64,000 bases of DNA from an uncultured Gemmiger sp. (GCA_944388135.1 CALXHP010000005.1:2812-66811), one strand, 5' to 3'. Counted from the stretch's first letter, positions 1 to 12,087 are shown. Notes: generated by a model from the letters alone, not told the origin. Program-made: numbers and translations.

Positions 1-107
1 CGTCATTATAGCATATACCCTACCAATATGCCACCAAAGGGCCGTCCTAAACCAGAATTTTACAAAGGAAACGGCCTGCGCCGGGCAGGCACAGGCCGCA
101 AAGAGGA

Positions 108-2354
108 TCAATGATTCTTGTAGTAGTTGATCAGGCAGCCGTCCGCCAGGATCTGGCGCTCGGCGTCGGTCATGGCGCCCAGCCGCACGGTGAATTTCAC
201 CACACCGCCGTCCGGTTTGACGGCCACGGCCTCCAGTTCGTCGGCGGCCTCCAGCAGGGCTTTGCGCACGCCGGGCAGGTAAACATAGTCGCCGTTGTCC
301 AGCACGTTGGGAGTATCCAGCAGGAATGGCAGCATGCCCCAGTTGATGCAGTTGGAGCGATACCGCTTGGTGGCGTACTCGCAGGCGAAGTTGGCCGCGC
401 CGCCCAGCACACGCTGGCAGCTGGCGGCCTGCTCCCGGGCGGAGCCGTCGCCGGGCTTGTTGGCGAAGATGGCCGAACCGATGTTGGTGCCGACGGCGTC
501 GGGATGATACCCCAGCTTGGCCAGTTCGCCATAGACCTTGGCCACCTCCTCGGGCAGCGTACCGGCGCGGCGGGCCTCATCCAGGGCATGGACGGCCTTG
601 GCGTTCGGCACATAGGCCGGGTCCTTGCGGGAGAGGGTGAACTCCGCCAGACGCAGGGGGTTGGACCGGAAGGAAGAAGTCTCGCCGGAGGGGATCAGCT
701 CGTCGGTGGTGGTGACGGGGTCGGTGATGTAGCTGACGATCTTCACCAGCAGGTCCTCGGTGAGGGCGGGCTGTTCGGGCCAGTCCTTGATGTTGGGGCC
801 GAATTTCAGGGCGTAGTCCGGCTCGGGATGGCCCCAGCCGTTGTAGACCCGCTTGTCGTAGACGCCCTGGTCGAAGTGGTACTCGGGGGCGGTGTAGTCG
901 GTGTCACAGACCTCGCTGGCGGCGGTGAGGTAGCCGCCGTTGGCCGCCGTGGCGGCGATGGACCGGGCGTCCATCAGGGCCACCGCGCTGATCTGGCCCT
1001 CGCCGGGCTTGGAGCCTTCCCGGTTGGGGAAGTTGCGGGTGGTGTGCCGGATGGAGAACTCCCCGTTGGCGGGGGTGTCGCCGGCGCCGAAGCAGGGGCC
1101 GCAGAAGCACTCCCGGAAGATGCCCCCCGCACTGACAATGTCGGCCACGGCACCGTTCTTCACCAGTTCCAGGTAGGTGGGCATGCTGTCGGGGTAGACG
1201 CTGAACTTGAACTCCCCGTTGCCGCAGTTCTTGCCCCGCAGGATCTCGGCCACGGCGCAGATGTTCTCATAGGTGCCGCCGGAGCAGCCGGCCACCACGC
1301 CCTGCTCCACATAGATGCGGCCGTCGGGCCGGATCTTGCTCACCAGGTCCATCTGCACCTTGCCGCCCAGCTGCTTGTTGGCCTGTTCCTGGGCCGCAAA
1401 GAGGATGTCCCTGGCGTTGGCCTTCAGTTCCCGAATGGGATAGGCATAGCTGGGATGCATGGGCAGGGCGATCATGCACTCCACGGTGGAGAGGTCCAGC
1501 TCAATGACGCCGTCGTAGTAGGCCACGGCGGCGGGTTTCAGTTCCTTGTAGGCTTCGGGGCGGCCGTGCTGGACAAAGTACTGTTCGGTGATCTCATCGG
1601 TCTGCCAGATGGAGGACCAGCAGGTGGTCTCGGTGGTCATGACGTCGATGCCGTTGCGGTAGTCCGCCGACAGGTTTGCCACGCCGGGGCCGATGAACTC
1701 CATGACCTTGTTCTTCACATAGCCGTTGGCGTAGGTGGCGCCCACCAGGGCCAAGGCCACGTCGTGAGGGCCCACGCCGGGGTTGGGCTTGCCGGTGAGG
1801 TAGATGGCCACCACCCCGGGGTAGGCCATATCATAGGTGCGGCCCACCAGCTGTTTGGCCAGCTCGCCGCCGCCTTCGCCCACCGCCATGGTGCCCAGGG
1901 CACCGTACCGGGTGTGGGAGTCGGAGCCCAGGATCATCCGGCCGCAGCCCGACATCATCTCCCGGTTGTAGCTGTGGATGACCGCCATGTTCGGCGGAAC
2001 ATAGATGCCGCCGTATTTGTGGGCGGCAGAGAGGGCAAACTGGTGGTCGTCCTCATTGATGGTGCCGCCCACGGCGCAGAGGCTGTTGTGGCAGTTGGTC
2101 ATCACGTAGGGCAGGGGGAATTTCTCCATGCCGGAGGCGCGGGCCGTCTGGATGATGCCCACGTAGGTGATGTCGTGGCTGGTCATGGAATCAAACTTCA
2201 TGCGCAGGTTGTCCATCTCGCCGCTGGTGTTGTGGGCTTCCAGGATGGAGTACGCAATGGTGCCGCGGCGCGCCTCGGCCTGGGTGACGCCCGCCGGGGC
2301 GTCGGCCTGCAGGGTGCCGTTGACAAGATACATGCCTTGGGGGTGCAGTTTCAT
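108..2354 (-). CDS. Aconitase-family hydratase (YbhJ-like), probable aconitate hydratase
   Basis: Motifs GSDSHTRYG, AGCSGG, CFCGPCFG (4Fe-4S Cys) and TTRNFPNREG, plus a C-terminal swivel domain (GDGSAREQA). Start moved to ATG 2354 behind a GGAGG RBS. Divergent from citrate synthase. Confidence 0.9.
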   Translation of the reverse strand: MKLHPQGMYLVNGTLQADAPAGVTQAEARRGTIAYSILEAHNTSGEMDNLRMKFDSMTSHDITYVGIIQTARASGMEKFPLPYVMTNCHNSLCAVGGTINEDDHQFALSAAHKYGGIYVPPNMAVIHSYNREMMSGCGRMILGSDSHTRYGALGTMAVGEGGGELAKQLVGRTYDMAYPGVVAIYLTGKPNPGVGPHDVALALVGATYANGYVKNKVMEFIGPGVANLSADYRNGIDVMTTETTCWSSIWQTDEITEQYFVQHGRPEAYKELKPAAVAYYDGVIELDLSTVECMIALPMHPSYAYPIRELKANARDILFAAQEQANKQLGGKVQMDLVSKIRPDGRIYVEQGVVAGCSGGTYENICAVAEILRGKNCGNGEFKFSVYPDSMPTYLELVKNGAVADIVSAGGIFRECFCGPCFGAGDTPANGEFSIRHTTRNFPNREGSKPGEGQISAVALMDARSIAATAANGGYLTAASEVCDTDYTAPEYHFDQGVYDKRVYNGWGHPEPDYALKFGPNIKDWPEQPALTEDLLVKIVSYITDPVTTTDELIPSGETSSFRSNPLRLAEFTLSRKDPAYVPNAKAVHALDEARRAGTLPEEVAKVYGELAKLGYHPDAVGTNIGSAIFANKPGDGSAREQAASCQRVLGGAANFACEYATKRYRSNCINWGMLPFLLDTPNVLDNGDYVYLPGVRKALLEAADELEAVAVKPDGGVVKFTVRLGAMTDAERQILADGCLINYYKNH

Positions 2355-2430
2355 CGTGAAGATTCCCTCCGTTTCCGATTCCGAAAAGCAGCGTATCCAC
2401 ACGCTGCCCGATTTTATAAACTCTTACTAC

Positions 2431-2459
2431 ACTATACCCGCTTTAGTCGGGGTTGTCAA
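2431..2459 (-). promoter_or_regulatory. Sigma-A promoter for the aconitase gene
   Basis: TTGACA-17 nt-TATAGT on the minus strand. Confidence 0.75.
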
Positions 2460-2551
2460 CGCGGTTTTTTATACAATGCCGTGTAAAACGCCCACCAGCT
2501 TAATAAAATAAAGTGTTCCCTTGGTTATTCTGACAGAATTTTAAGTTCTCC

Positions 2552-2580
2552 TTGACGAACCGTGGAAAACATACTAAAAT
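2552..2580 (+). promoter_or_regulatory. Sigma-A promoter for citrate synthase
   Basis: TTGACG-17 nt-TAAAAT. Confidence 0.7.
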
Positions 2581-2666
2581 TACAGTATTCACCGCGCTAA
2601 AGTGTTTTGCATAGAGGGTGCATGCAGCGCGAATAAATATGCAGGGAAGAAAGAGAGGGCACGCCG

Positions 2667-4043
2667 ATGTATTACCCGGATGTACCGGCCCTGGAGCCGG
2701 ATGAACTGGAACTGCTTTGCCATGAGTATCTGGAGCACAACGCCCACCTGGACCCCAAGCTGGCGGACCAGATGGGGGTCAAGCGCGGCCTGCGCAACCT
2801 GGACGGTACCGGTGTGCTGGCCGGCATCACCAATGTGTCCAGCGTAATCGGCTACGACCGCACCGCCGAGGGCGCCGTTGTGCCCATTCCCGGGCGGCTG
2901 GTCTACCGGGGTATCGACATTGATACCCTGGCCGCCGAGGCCGACAACCACGACCGGTTCCTTTTTGAGGAAGTGGTGTGGCTGCTGCTCTTCGGGTCGC
3001 TGCCCAACCGGGAGCAGCACGCCAAGTTCTGCAAACTGCTGGAACACCACCGGGAGCTGCCCCGGGGCTTTGCGGACGACATGATCCTCAATTCCCCCTC
3101 CCCCAACCTGATGAACAAGATGGCCCGCAGCGTGCTGGCCATGTACAGCTACGACGAACACGCCGAGGATTCCAGCCTGCCCAACATCCTGCGCCAGAGC
3201 ATCAACCTCATCGCCGAGCTGCCCACCATGATGGTGAACGCCTACCAGATCAAGCGCCGGGTCTATGACCGGTCCAGCATGTACTTCCACCTGCCCACCG
3301 AGGGCCAGAGCACAGCAGAACATATCCTGAGCACCTACCGGGCCGACCAGAAGTTCACCCACGAGGAAGCCCGGCTGCTGGACCTCTGCCTGATGGTCCA
3401 CGCCGACCACGGCGGCGGCAACTGCTCCACCTTCACCTGCCGTGTGCTCTCCAGCTCGGGCACCGATACTTATGCGGCCATCTCGGCGGCCATCGGCGCC
3501 CTGAAAGGCCCCAAGCACGGCGGCGCCAACCTGAAGGTCATGCACCAGCTGGACTACATTCTGGAAAATGTGGAGAATCCCTCCAGCGATGATGAAGTGC
3601 GGGAATTCCTGCGCAAGATCATCCGCAAGGAAGCCGGGGACGGCAGCGGCCTGATCTACGGCATGGGCCACGCGGTGTACACCGTCAGCGACCCCCGCGC
3701 CCAGATCCTGAAGAGCCATGCCCGCCGGATGGCCTACGAGAAGGGCTACGACGAGGAATTTGAGATGCTGTGCAGCATCGAGCGGCTGGCTCCCCAGGTC
3801 TTTTCGGAGGAGAAGCACGGCCCCAAAAAGGTCTGCGCCAACGTGGACCTGTTCAGCGGGCTGATCTACCGGATGCTGGGCATCAGCGAGGATCTGTACA
3901 CCCCGCTGTTTGCCATCGCCCGTGTACCGGGCTGGTGTGCCCACCGGGTAGAGGAAGTGGAGTTTGCCAACCGGATCATCCGCCCCGCCTACAAGTATGT
4001 GGGCAAACCCCAGCCCTACGTTACGCTGGAAAACAGAACCTGA
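2667..4043 (+). CDS. gltA: Citrate synthase (Si-type / 2-methylcitrate synthase family)
   Basis: Catalytic motifs ADHGGGNCST, GPKHGGAN, GMGHAVY and NVDLFSG, plus C-terminal IIRP. Confidence 0.92.
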   Translation: MYYPDVPALEPDELELLCHEYLEHNAHLDPKLADQMGVKRGLRNLDGTGVLAGITNVSSVIGYDRTAEGAVVPIPGRLVYRGIDIDTLAAEADNHDRFLFEEVVWLLLFGSLPNREQHAKFCKLLEHHRELPRGFADDMILNSPSPNLMNKMARSVLAMYSYDEHAEDSSLPNILRQSINLIAELPTMMVNAYQIKRRVYDRSSMYFHLPTEGQSTAEHILSTYRADQKFTHEEARLLDLCLMVHADHGGGNCSTFTCRVLSSSGTDTYAAISAAIGALKGPKHGGANLKVMHQLDYILENVENPSSDDEVREFLRKIIRKEAGDGSGLIYGMGHAVYTVSDPRAQILKSHARRMAYEKGYDEEFEMLCSIERLAPQVFSEEKHGPKKVCANVDLFSGLIYRMLGISEDLYTPLFAIARVPGWCAHRVEEVEFANRIIRPAYKYVGKPQPYVTLENRT

Positions 4044-4049
4044 CAAGCC

Positions 4050-4079
4050 AAAAAGCCGCCCCGATGGGGGCGGCTTTTT
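4050..4079. terminator. Bidirectional intrinsic terminator between gltA and azlD
   Basis: AAAAAGCCGCCCC-GATG-GGGGCGGCTTTTT between convergent genes. Confidence 0.85.
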
Positions 4080-4082
4080 CCT

Positions 4083-4418
4083 TTATACAAAGACCCGCTG
4101 CACCAGCACCATATACAGCACCGTACCGGCGGCAATGCTCAGCAGGGTGTTTTTCCGCCAGAGCTGCAGCCCCACCACGGCGGCCCCCGCCAGCAGTTCC
4201 GGCAGGGCGTGGGTGGGGCCCAGGGGGTCGGCATTCCGCAGGCAGTAGACCACCAGCATGGCCATGATGGCGCAGGGCAGTACCCGGCCCAGGTAGACCA
4301 CATACCGGGGCGTGGGCCGTCCGCCGCCGAACACCGCAAAGGGCAAAAACCGCAGCAGAATGGTCACGGCAGCGATGACCGCCACCAGGGCGGCAGCGTG
4401 AAGATCAATCCCGAACAT
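4083..4418 (-). CDS. azlD: Branched-chain amino acid exporter small subunit AzlD
   Basis: 111 aa hydrophobic protein with LRFLPF, LPCAIMAMLVVYCL and LLSIAAGT motifs. Overlaps azlC. Confidence 0.9.
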   Translation of the reverse strand: MFGIDLHAAALVAVIAAVTILLRFLPFAVFGGGRPTPRYVVYLGRVLPCAIMAMLVVYCLRNADPLGPTHALPELLAGAAVVGLQLWRKNTLLSIAAGTVLYMVLVQRVFV

Positions 4419-5115
4419 GGGCGGCCTCCTCCTCTTCCTTGGACTGCAGGGCAGGCCGCAGCACCGTCAGCACCACCGTTATACCGATCATGGCGGGGAT
4501 AAGAAATTCCTCCGGTCCAAAGATCAGCAGGCAGACCACCGACACCCCCAGCCCCGTCAGGGCGGGGCGATGGTCCCGGGCGGTGCGCCACTGCTCGGTC
4601 ATGACCACCAGGAAGAGGGCGGTCATGGAAAAATCAATGCCGGTGCTGTCAAAGGGCAGCAGGGTGCCCACCAGGGCCCCCGCCACGCTGCCGGCGATCC
4701 AGTAGAGGTGGTCAAAGAGGGATACCAGGAAAAAGTACCCCTTCTGGTCCACCCCTTCGGGCACCCCGCCGCTGCAAACCAGGGAGTAGGTCTCGTCGGT
4801 AAGGGCGAAGATCAGATAGGGTTTGGCGGGGCCTGTATGCCGGTAGCGTTCCACCATGGAGATACCGTAGAACAGATGCCGGGCGTTGACGGTCAGGGTC
4901 ATGAGGGCCGCCGCGATCAGCGACGCGCCCCCCGCCACCAGGTCCACCGCCACATACTGCATGCTGCCCGCATAGATCAGGGTGCTCATGGCAAAGGCCC
5001 AGCCCACGCCGTAGCCCTTGGAGGCCAGCAGCACCCCGAACCCCAGCCCCAGCACCAGATACCCGGCCATCACCGGCAGCGACTGCACCAGGGCATATTT
5101 CGCTGTTTTCACCAT
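4405..5115 (-). CDS. azlC: Branched-chain amino acid exporter AzlC
   Basis: YAGSMQY, VNARHLFYG and LTDETYS motifs. Confidence 0.92.
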   Translation of the reverse strand: MVKTAKYALVQSLPVMAGYLVLGLGFGVLLASKGYGVGWAFAMSTLIYAGSMQYVAVDLVAGGASLIAAALMTLTVNARHLFYGISMVERYRHTGPAKPYLIFALTDETYSLVCSGGVPEGVDQKGYFFLVSLFDHLYWIAGSVAGALVGTLLPFDSTGIDFSMTALFLVVMTEQWRTARDHRPALTGLGVSVVCLLIFGPEEFLIPAMIGITVVLTVLRPALQSKEEEEAAHVRD

Positions 5116-5237
5116 TTCTTACGCCTCTTTTTGCTAAAATGCGGCTTTTATTATAGCACAACGGCCCGGAACTCCACAAGCGTTCCGGGCCGTTCACCAC
5201 AGGGAGGCCACCTGGCCGTTCTGCCGGGCCTCCCCCT

Positions 5238-7028
<1,791 letters not shown>

Positions 7029-7243
7029 AGTGCGGTTGTCCTTTCAAAAAAAGACCAGACGGGAGCACCGCAGTCCCGCAGGGGGTAAACCGAGGCCGAG
7101 CCGTGCCGCGATTCCTGCCGGACTGCACAGAAAATCCCTGTTTTGCTTTTATTGTAGCGCGCCGGCGGACAGAATGTGTTGCGATTTCGTAAATAAATTT
7201 TACAAATATTGCAGAGAATCGAAGAATCGAAAGTGCCCAAACG

Positions 7244-7272
7244 TTGACGCTGCGCCCCGGGCGTGCTATAGT
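7244..7272 (+). promoter_or_regulatory. Sigma-A promoter for hisB-glyA
   Basis: TTGACG-17 nt-TATAGT with a TGn extended -10. Confidence 0.75.
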
Positions 7273-7318
7273 TTTAGGTATATTGCAGCCCCAAAGGGCG
7301 GGAAAGGAGCCACACGCC

Positions 7319-7906
7319 ATGGCACGCACGGCAACGGTAACACGCACCACACGGGAGACCCGGATCACCCTGACGCTGAATCTGGACGGCACCGGCAAGA
7401 CCGAACTGAACACCGGCATCGGCTTTTTTGACCATATGCTGGACGGGTTTGCCCGCCACGGCCTGTTTGACCTGGCGGTGGACTGCCACGGGGATCTGGA
7501 GGTGGACTGCCACCACACCATTGAGGATATCGGTATTGCCCTGGGCACCGCCTTGCGGGAAGCCCTGGGGGACAAGGCGGGTCTGGTGCGGTACGGCAGC
7601 TGCCTGCTGCCCATGGACGAGACCCTGGCCCTTTGCGCGGTGGATCTGGGCGGGCGCCCCTATTTTGTCTACGACGCCCGGTTCGATACCCCCGCCTGCG
7701 GCGGCATGGATACCCAGATGGCCCGGGAGTTTTTTTACGCCATCTCTTACGCTGCGGCCATGAACCTGCACCTGAAGGTGCTTTACGGGGAGAATGACCA
7801 CCACAAACTGGAGGCGATGTTCAAGGCCTTTGCCAAGGCGCTGGACGCCGCCACCCGCACCGATGCACGGATCGAAGGGGTGCTTTCCACAAAAGGCACC
7901 CTGTGA
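7319..7906 (+). CDS. hisB: Imidazoleglycerol-phosphate dehydratase
   Basis: RTTRET, TGIGFFDHML, DCHHTIED, GENDHHKLEA and C-terminal STKGTL. Start ATG 7319 after an AAGGAG RBS. Confidence 0.95.
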   Translation: MARTATVTRTTRETRITLTLNLDGTGKTELNTGIGFFDHMLDGFARHGLFDLAVDCHGDLEVDCHHTIEDIGIALGTALREALGDKAGLVRYGSCLLPMDETLALCAVDLGGRPYFVYDARFDTPACGGMDTQMAREFFYAISYAAAMNLHLKVLYGENDHHKLEAMFKAFAKALDAATRTDARIEGVLSTKGTL

Positions 7907-7952
7907 TCCTTTGCATAAATCGTAGAGAGAGAGATTAGGGAGGTAAAGGGAA

Positions 7953-9206
7953 ATGTATCAGGACATGATCGACACCATTGGCTTTGTACAGAGCGCTGAC
8001 CCCGAAGTGGGCGCTGCCATGCAGCGGGAACTGGGCCGTCAGCGCGCCAACATCGAACTCATCGCCAGCGAGAACATCGTCTCCCCCGCCGTGATGGCCG
8101 CCATGGGCAGCGTGCTCACCAACAAGTACGCCGAGGGCTATCCCGGCCACCGCTACTACGGCGGCTGCCAGTATGTGGACGAGGTGGAGCAGATCGCCAT
8201 TGACCGGGCCTGCAAGCTCTTCGGCGCCAAGTACGCCAACGTGCAGCCCCATTCCGGCGCCCAGGCCAACCTGGCCGTCTACTTTGCCCTGCTCAATGTG
8301 GGCGACACCGTCATGGGCATGGACCTGTCCCAGGGCGGCCACCTGACCCACGGTTCCCCCGTGAACATGAGCGGCAAGAACTACAACTTTGTCTCCTACG
8401 GCGTGGGAGAGGACGGCCGCATCGATTACGCTGCCCTGGCCAAGCAGGTGGCCAAAGTCCGGCCCAAGCTGCTGGTGGCCGGTGCCTCGGCCTATCCCCG
8501 TGCCATCGACTTTGAGAAGCTGGCCGAGATCGCCCACGGCTACGGCGCCATGCTCATGGTGGATATGGCCCACATCGCCGGCCTGGTGGCGGGCGGTATG
8601 CACCAGAACCCCGTGCCCTACGCCGACGTGGTCACCACCACCACCCACAAGACCCTGCGGGGACCCCGGGGCGGCCTGATCCTGACCAACAACGAGTATC
8701 TCATCAAGCGGATCAACTCCGCCATCTTCCCCGGCACCCAGGGCGGCCCGCTGGAGCACGTCATCGCCGCCAAGGCGGTCTGCTTCGGGGAAGCGCTGCA
8801 ACCCGCCTTCAAGGAGTACGCCCGCAAGATCGTGGAGAACGCCGCCGCCATGGCCGACGAACTCACCGCCCGGGGCGTCAAGCTGGTGTCCGGCGGCACC
8901 GACAACCATCTGCTCCTCATCGACCTCACCGACGAGGACTGCACCGGCAAGGAGCTGGAGCACAACCTGGACGAGGTGCACATCACCGCCAACAAGAACA
9001 CCGTCCCCGGTGAGAAGCGCAGCCCCTTCGTGACCAGCGGCGTCCGGGTAGGCACCCCCGCCGTGACCACCCGCGGCATGGGCCCCGCCGAGATGAAGAT
9101 CATCGCCGACTGCATTGCCGACTGCATCTTTGACTTCGACGCCAAGAAGGCCGACATCACCGCCCGGGTGGAGGAGCTTTCCGCCCGGTTCCCCCTGTAC
9201 GAGTAA
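7953..9206 (+). CDS. glyA: Serine hydroxymethyltransferase
   Basis: [28 protein letters not shown] and [13 protein letters not shown] (PLP lysine). Confidence 0.97.
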   Translation: MYQDMIDTIGFVQSADPEVGAAMQRELGRQRANIELIASENIVSPAVMAAMGSVLTNKYAEGYPGHRYYGGCQYVDEVEQIAIDRACKLFGAKYANVQPHSGAQANLAVYFALLNVGDTVMGMDLSQGGHLTHGSPVNMSGKNYNFVSYGVGEDGRIDYAALAKQVAKVRPKLLVAGASAYPRAIDFEKLAEIAHGYGAMLMVDMAHIAGLVAGGMHQNPVPYADVVTTTTHKTLRGPRGGLILTNNEYLIKRINSAIFPGTQGGPLEHVIAAKAVCFGEALQPAFKEYARKIVENAAAMADELTARGVKLVSGGTDNHLLLIDLTDEDCTGKELEHNLDEVHITANKNTVPGEKRSPFVTSGVRVGTPAVTTRGMGPAEMKIIADCIADCIFDFDAKKADITARVEELSARFPLYE

Positions 9207-9233
9207 TCCGCAATTTTACCAAATCACACAATC

Positions 9234-9265
9234 GCGTCCGCCCCGCCGGGGCGGGCGCTTTTTTT
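9234..9265 (+). terminator. Intrinsic terminator after glyA
   Basis: GCGTCCGCCCC-GCC-GGGGCGGGCGC followed by T7. Confidence 0.85.
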
Positions 9266-9381
9266 GGGGTTCTGCGGGTCCTTTTTCCTTGCCTTTCGGG
9301 TGAATTTCCGCTATACTAAAGGCAGGTATACAGTTACTTTTGTGCAATATGCACCATTCTGGAATGCGAGGTGTAAACAGT

Positions 9382-9990
9382 ATGGAACCTATGGTCATTA
9401 CGATTGCCCGTGAATATGCATCAGGCGGCAGCGAGATCGCCCAGGCAGTGGCAGACAAGATGGGCATCCCCCTCTACAACAAGGAGCTGATCACCCGGGC
9501 CGCCAAGAAGAGCGGCCTGACCGAGGAGGCCATCGCCGCCAGCGAGAACCAGCGCAGCGGCAGCCTGATCTACAGCCTGTACATGATGGGCAACACCATG
9601 CCTTTGGCGGACCAGGTCTACATCCTGCAGAGCAACGTCATCAAGGAGCTGGCCTCCGAAGGTTCCTGCGTGATCCTGGGCCGCTGCGGCGACTACGTGC
9701 TGCGGGAACGGCCCAATGTGCTCAGCGTCTTTATCTATGCCCCCCTGGAGGATCGCATTGCCCGGGCCAAGGCCCGTCCCGGCGCCAAGGAGCTGATGGA
9801 CCGCCAGTGGGAGGTCCAGCTAGCCAAGCATGACCGCGCCCGGGCCAGCTACTACAACTACTATACCGAAAACCGCTGGGGCGAGGCCAAGAACTACGAC
9901 CTCTGCCTGAACGCTGCCCTGGGGCTGGACACCTGCGCCGATCTGATCGTGGATGCCGCCCGGGCCATGGAGGCTGCGAGCAAGGCATGA
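9382..9990 (+). CDS. Cytidylate kinase-like family protein
   Basis: VITIAREYASGG, VILGRCGDY, and DRARASYYNYYT..WG...NYDL. Confidence 0.85.
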   Translation: MEPMVITIAREYASGGSEIAQAVADKMGIPLYNKELITRAAKKSGLTEEAIAASENQRSGSLIYSLYMMGNTMPLADQVYILQSNVIKELASEGSCVILGRCGDYVLRERPNVLSVFIYAPLEDRIARAKARPGAKELMDRQWEVQLAKHDRARASYYNYYTENRWGEAKNYDLCLNAALGLDTCADLIVDAARAMEAASKA

Positions 9991-11363
9991 GTACCGACGC
10001 CCATTCCGCCAGCCGGATGGGCACGGCCCCCATGGGGCCGCTGCTCTTCTCCCTGGCCATTCCCATGATGGTATCCATGCTGTTCCAGGCATTGTACAAT
10101 GTGGTGGACAGCATCTTTGTGTCCTATATCAACGAGGCGGCCCTCTCGGCGGTCTCGCTGGCCTTCCCCATCCAGAACCTGATGATCGCTTTCGCCGTGG
10201 GCACCGGCGTGGGGGTCAACGCCTATGTCTCCAAGTCCCTGGGGGAGGGCAACCGCACCGAAGCCGACCGGGCCGCCGCCAACGGGCTGTTCCTGGCCCT
10301 GTGCACCTTTGTGGTGTTCTTCCTCTTCGGGCTGCTGGGGGTGTCGGCCTTCATGAACTCCCAGACCGAGGACCCGCTGATCCGCCAGTACGGCAACGAC
10401 TATCTGGCTGTCTGCTGTATTTTCAGCCTGGGATGTATGATCCAGTGCATGGTGGAAAAACTGCTCAGTGCCACCGGCCGTTCCAACTACGCCATGATCA
10501 CCCAGCTGGTGGGGGCACTGACCAACATCGTCATGGACCCCATCCTGATCTTCGGGCTCTTCGGTTTCCCCCGGATGGAGGCCGCCGGCGCCGCCGCGGC
10601 CACCGTGGCCGGGCAGTTCCTGGGGGCCTTCACGGGGCTTTACCTGAACCTGCGCCACAACCACGACCTGCGGTTCCGGCTGGCGGATTTCCGTCCCCAG
10701 GGGCGCACCGTCAGGCGGATCTACCAGGTGGGCATCCCCTCCATCGCCATGACCTCGGTGGGCAGCGTCATGACCTTCTGCATGAACCGCATTCTCATCG
10801 CCTTTTCCAGCACCGCCGTGGCGGTGTTCGGCGTCTACTTCAAGATGCAGAGTTTCATCGTCATGCCCCTGATCGGGCTGAACAACGGCATGGTGCCCAT
10901 CATCGCCTACAACTACGGCGCCCGCAAGCCGGAGCGCATCACCAAAGTGGTGAAGATGTCGGTGGTGGCCGCGGTGGTCATCATGCTGCTGGGCTTTGCC
11001 GCCGCCCAGCTCTGGCCCGGCGCCATGCTCAGCATCTTCAACGCCGATTCCAATATGCTGGCCCTGGGCGAGGCGGCCCTGCGGATCATCTCGATCCACT
11101 TTGTCATTGCCGGGTTCAACATCGTCGCCTCGGCGGTGTTCCAGGCCCTGGGCCGGGGGGTCATGGCCCTGCTGGTGTCCCTGGTGCGCCAGCTCTTTGT
11201 GCTGGTGCCCGCTGCCTGGCTGCTGAGCCTGAGCGGCGATGTCAACCTGATCTGGTGGGCTTTCCCCATCGCGGAAGTGTCCTCCCTGATCCTATGCAGT
11301 CTGTTCCTGACCTACTGCTACCGCAAGGTGGTGCGGCCCCTGCTGGCCCCCGCCACCCTCTGA
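9987..11363 (+). CDS. MATE family efflux transporter
   Basis: About 12 TM segments with LYNVVDSIFV, NIVMDPILIFG and YNYGA motifs. ATGA overlap with the upstream gene. Confidence 0.92.
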   Translation: MSTDAHSASRMGTAPMGPLLFSLAIPMMVSMLFQALYNVVDSIFVSYINEAALSAVSLAFPIQNLMIAFAVGTGVGVNAYVSKSLGEGNRTEADRAAANGLFLALCTFVVFFLFGLLGVSAFMNSQTEDPLIRQYGNDYLAVCCIFSLGCMIQCMVEKLLSATGRSNYAMITQLVGALTNIVMDPILIFGLFGFPRMEAAGAAAATVAGQFLGAFTGLYLNLRHNHDLRFRLADFRPQGRTVRRIYQVGIPSIAMTSVGSVMTFCMNRILIAFSSTAVAVFGVYFKMQSFIVMPLIGLNNGMVPIIAYNYGARKPERITKVVKMSVVAAVVIMLLGFAAAQLWPGAMLSIFNADSNMLALGEAALRIISIHFVIAGFNIVASAVFQALGRGVMALLVSLVRQLFVLVPAAWLLSLSGDVNLIWWAFPIAEVSSLILCSLFLTYCYRKVVRPLLAPATL

Positions 11364-11388
11364 TTTCAACCGGAAGGAGCGCACATCT

Positions 11389-12087
11389 ATGCTGCGTTAC
11401 GTCAAAAACGGCATGCTGATCCTCAGCATCGTCTTTATCGCCCTGGGGCTGTTGCTGCTGGTCATGCCCCAGACCAGCCTGTTGTGGATCTGCTACGCCT
11501 TCGGCGCCGTGGTGCTCATCACCGGCGTGGTCTGCCTGGTACAGTATGTCCGCATCCGGGGCAGCGGGTTTGCCGCCCCCTTCTTCCTGGTAGCCGGCGT
11601 CATCACCGCGGCCCTGGGCCTTTTCACCCTGGCCCGGCCGGAGGTGGTGGCCAGCTTTCTGCCGGTGGTGTTCGGCATCTTCATTCTGGTGGACGGCTTC
11701 AGCCGCATCGGCACCGCCGTGGACCTGGCCCGCCGCCAGGGGGACAAGTGGTGGCTGATGATGCTGTTCAGTCTGCTGTCCATCGCGTTGGGCATCCTGC
11801 TGCTGGTGAACCCCTTTGGGGCGGCCGTCAGTGTGGTGATGCTCTGCGGTGTGCTGCTCATCGTGGAAGGGGTGGTCAACCTGAGCTGTGTGGTCTACAC
11901 CGCCATGGAGCTGCGGGCTCTGGACCGGATGGCCGATGCCGCCCAGGCAGCCGCCCTGGGTGCCCTGGGGGAACTGCTGGACGAGGAGGACGCCGCCGAG
12001 GCGGAGGCCCTGAACCGGGACCACGAGGGCATCGTCTACAACGCCGAAAGCACCGAGGTCCCGGACGACGAACATCAACCCCAATAA
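11389..12087 (+). CDS. DUF308/HdeD-family membrane protein
   Basis: Two repeats of three TM segments (LGLLLLVMP / LGILLLVNP) and an acidic C-terminal tail. Confidence 0.75.
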   Translation: MLRYVKNGMLILSIVFIALGLLLLVMPQTSLLWICYAFGAVVLITGVVCLVQYVRIRGSGFAAPFFLVAGVITAALGLFTLARPEVVASFLPVVFGIFILVDGFSRIGTAVDLARRQGDKWWLMMLFSLLSIALGILLLVNPFGAAVSVVMLCGVLLIVEGVVNLSCVVYTAMELRALDRMADAAQAAALGALGELLDEEDAAEAEALNRDHEGIVYNAESTEVPDDEHQPQ

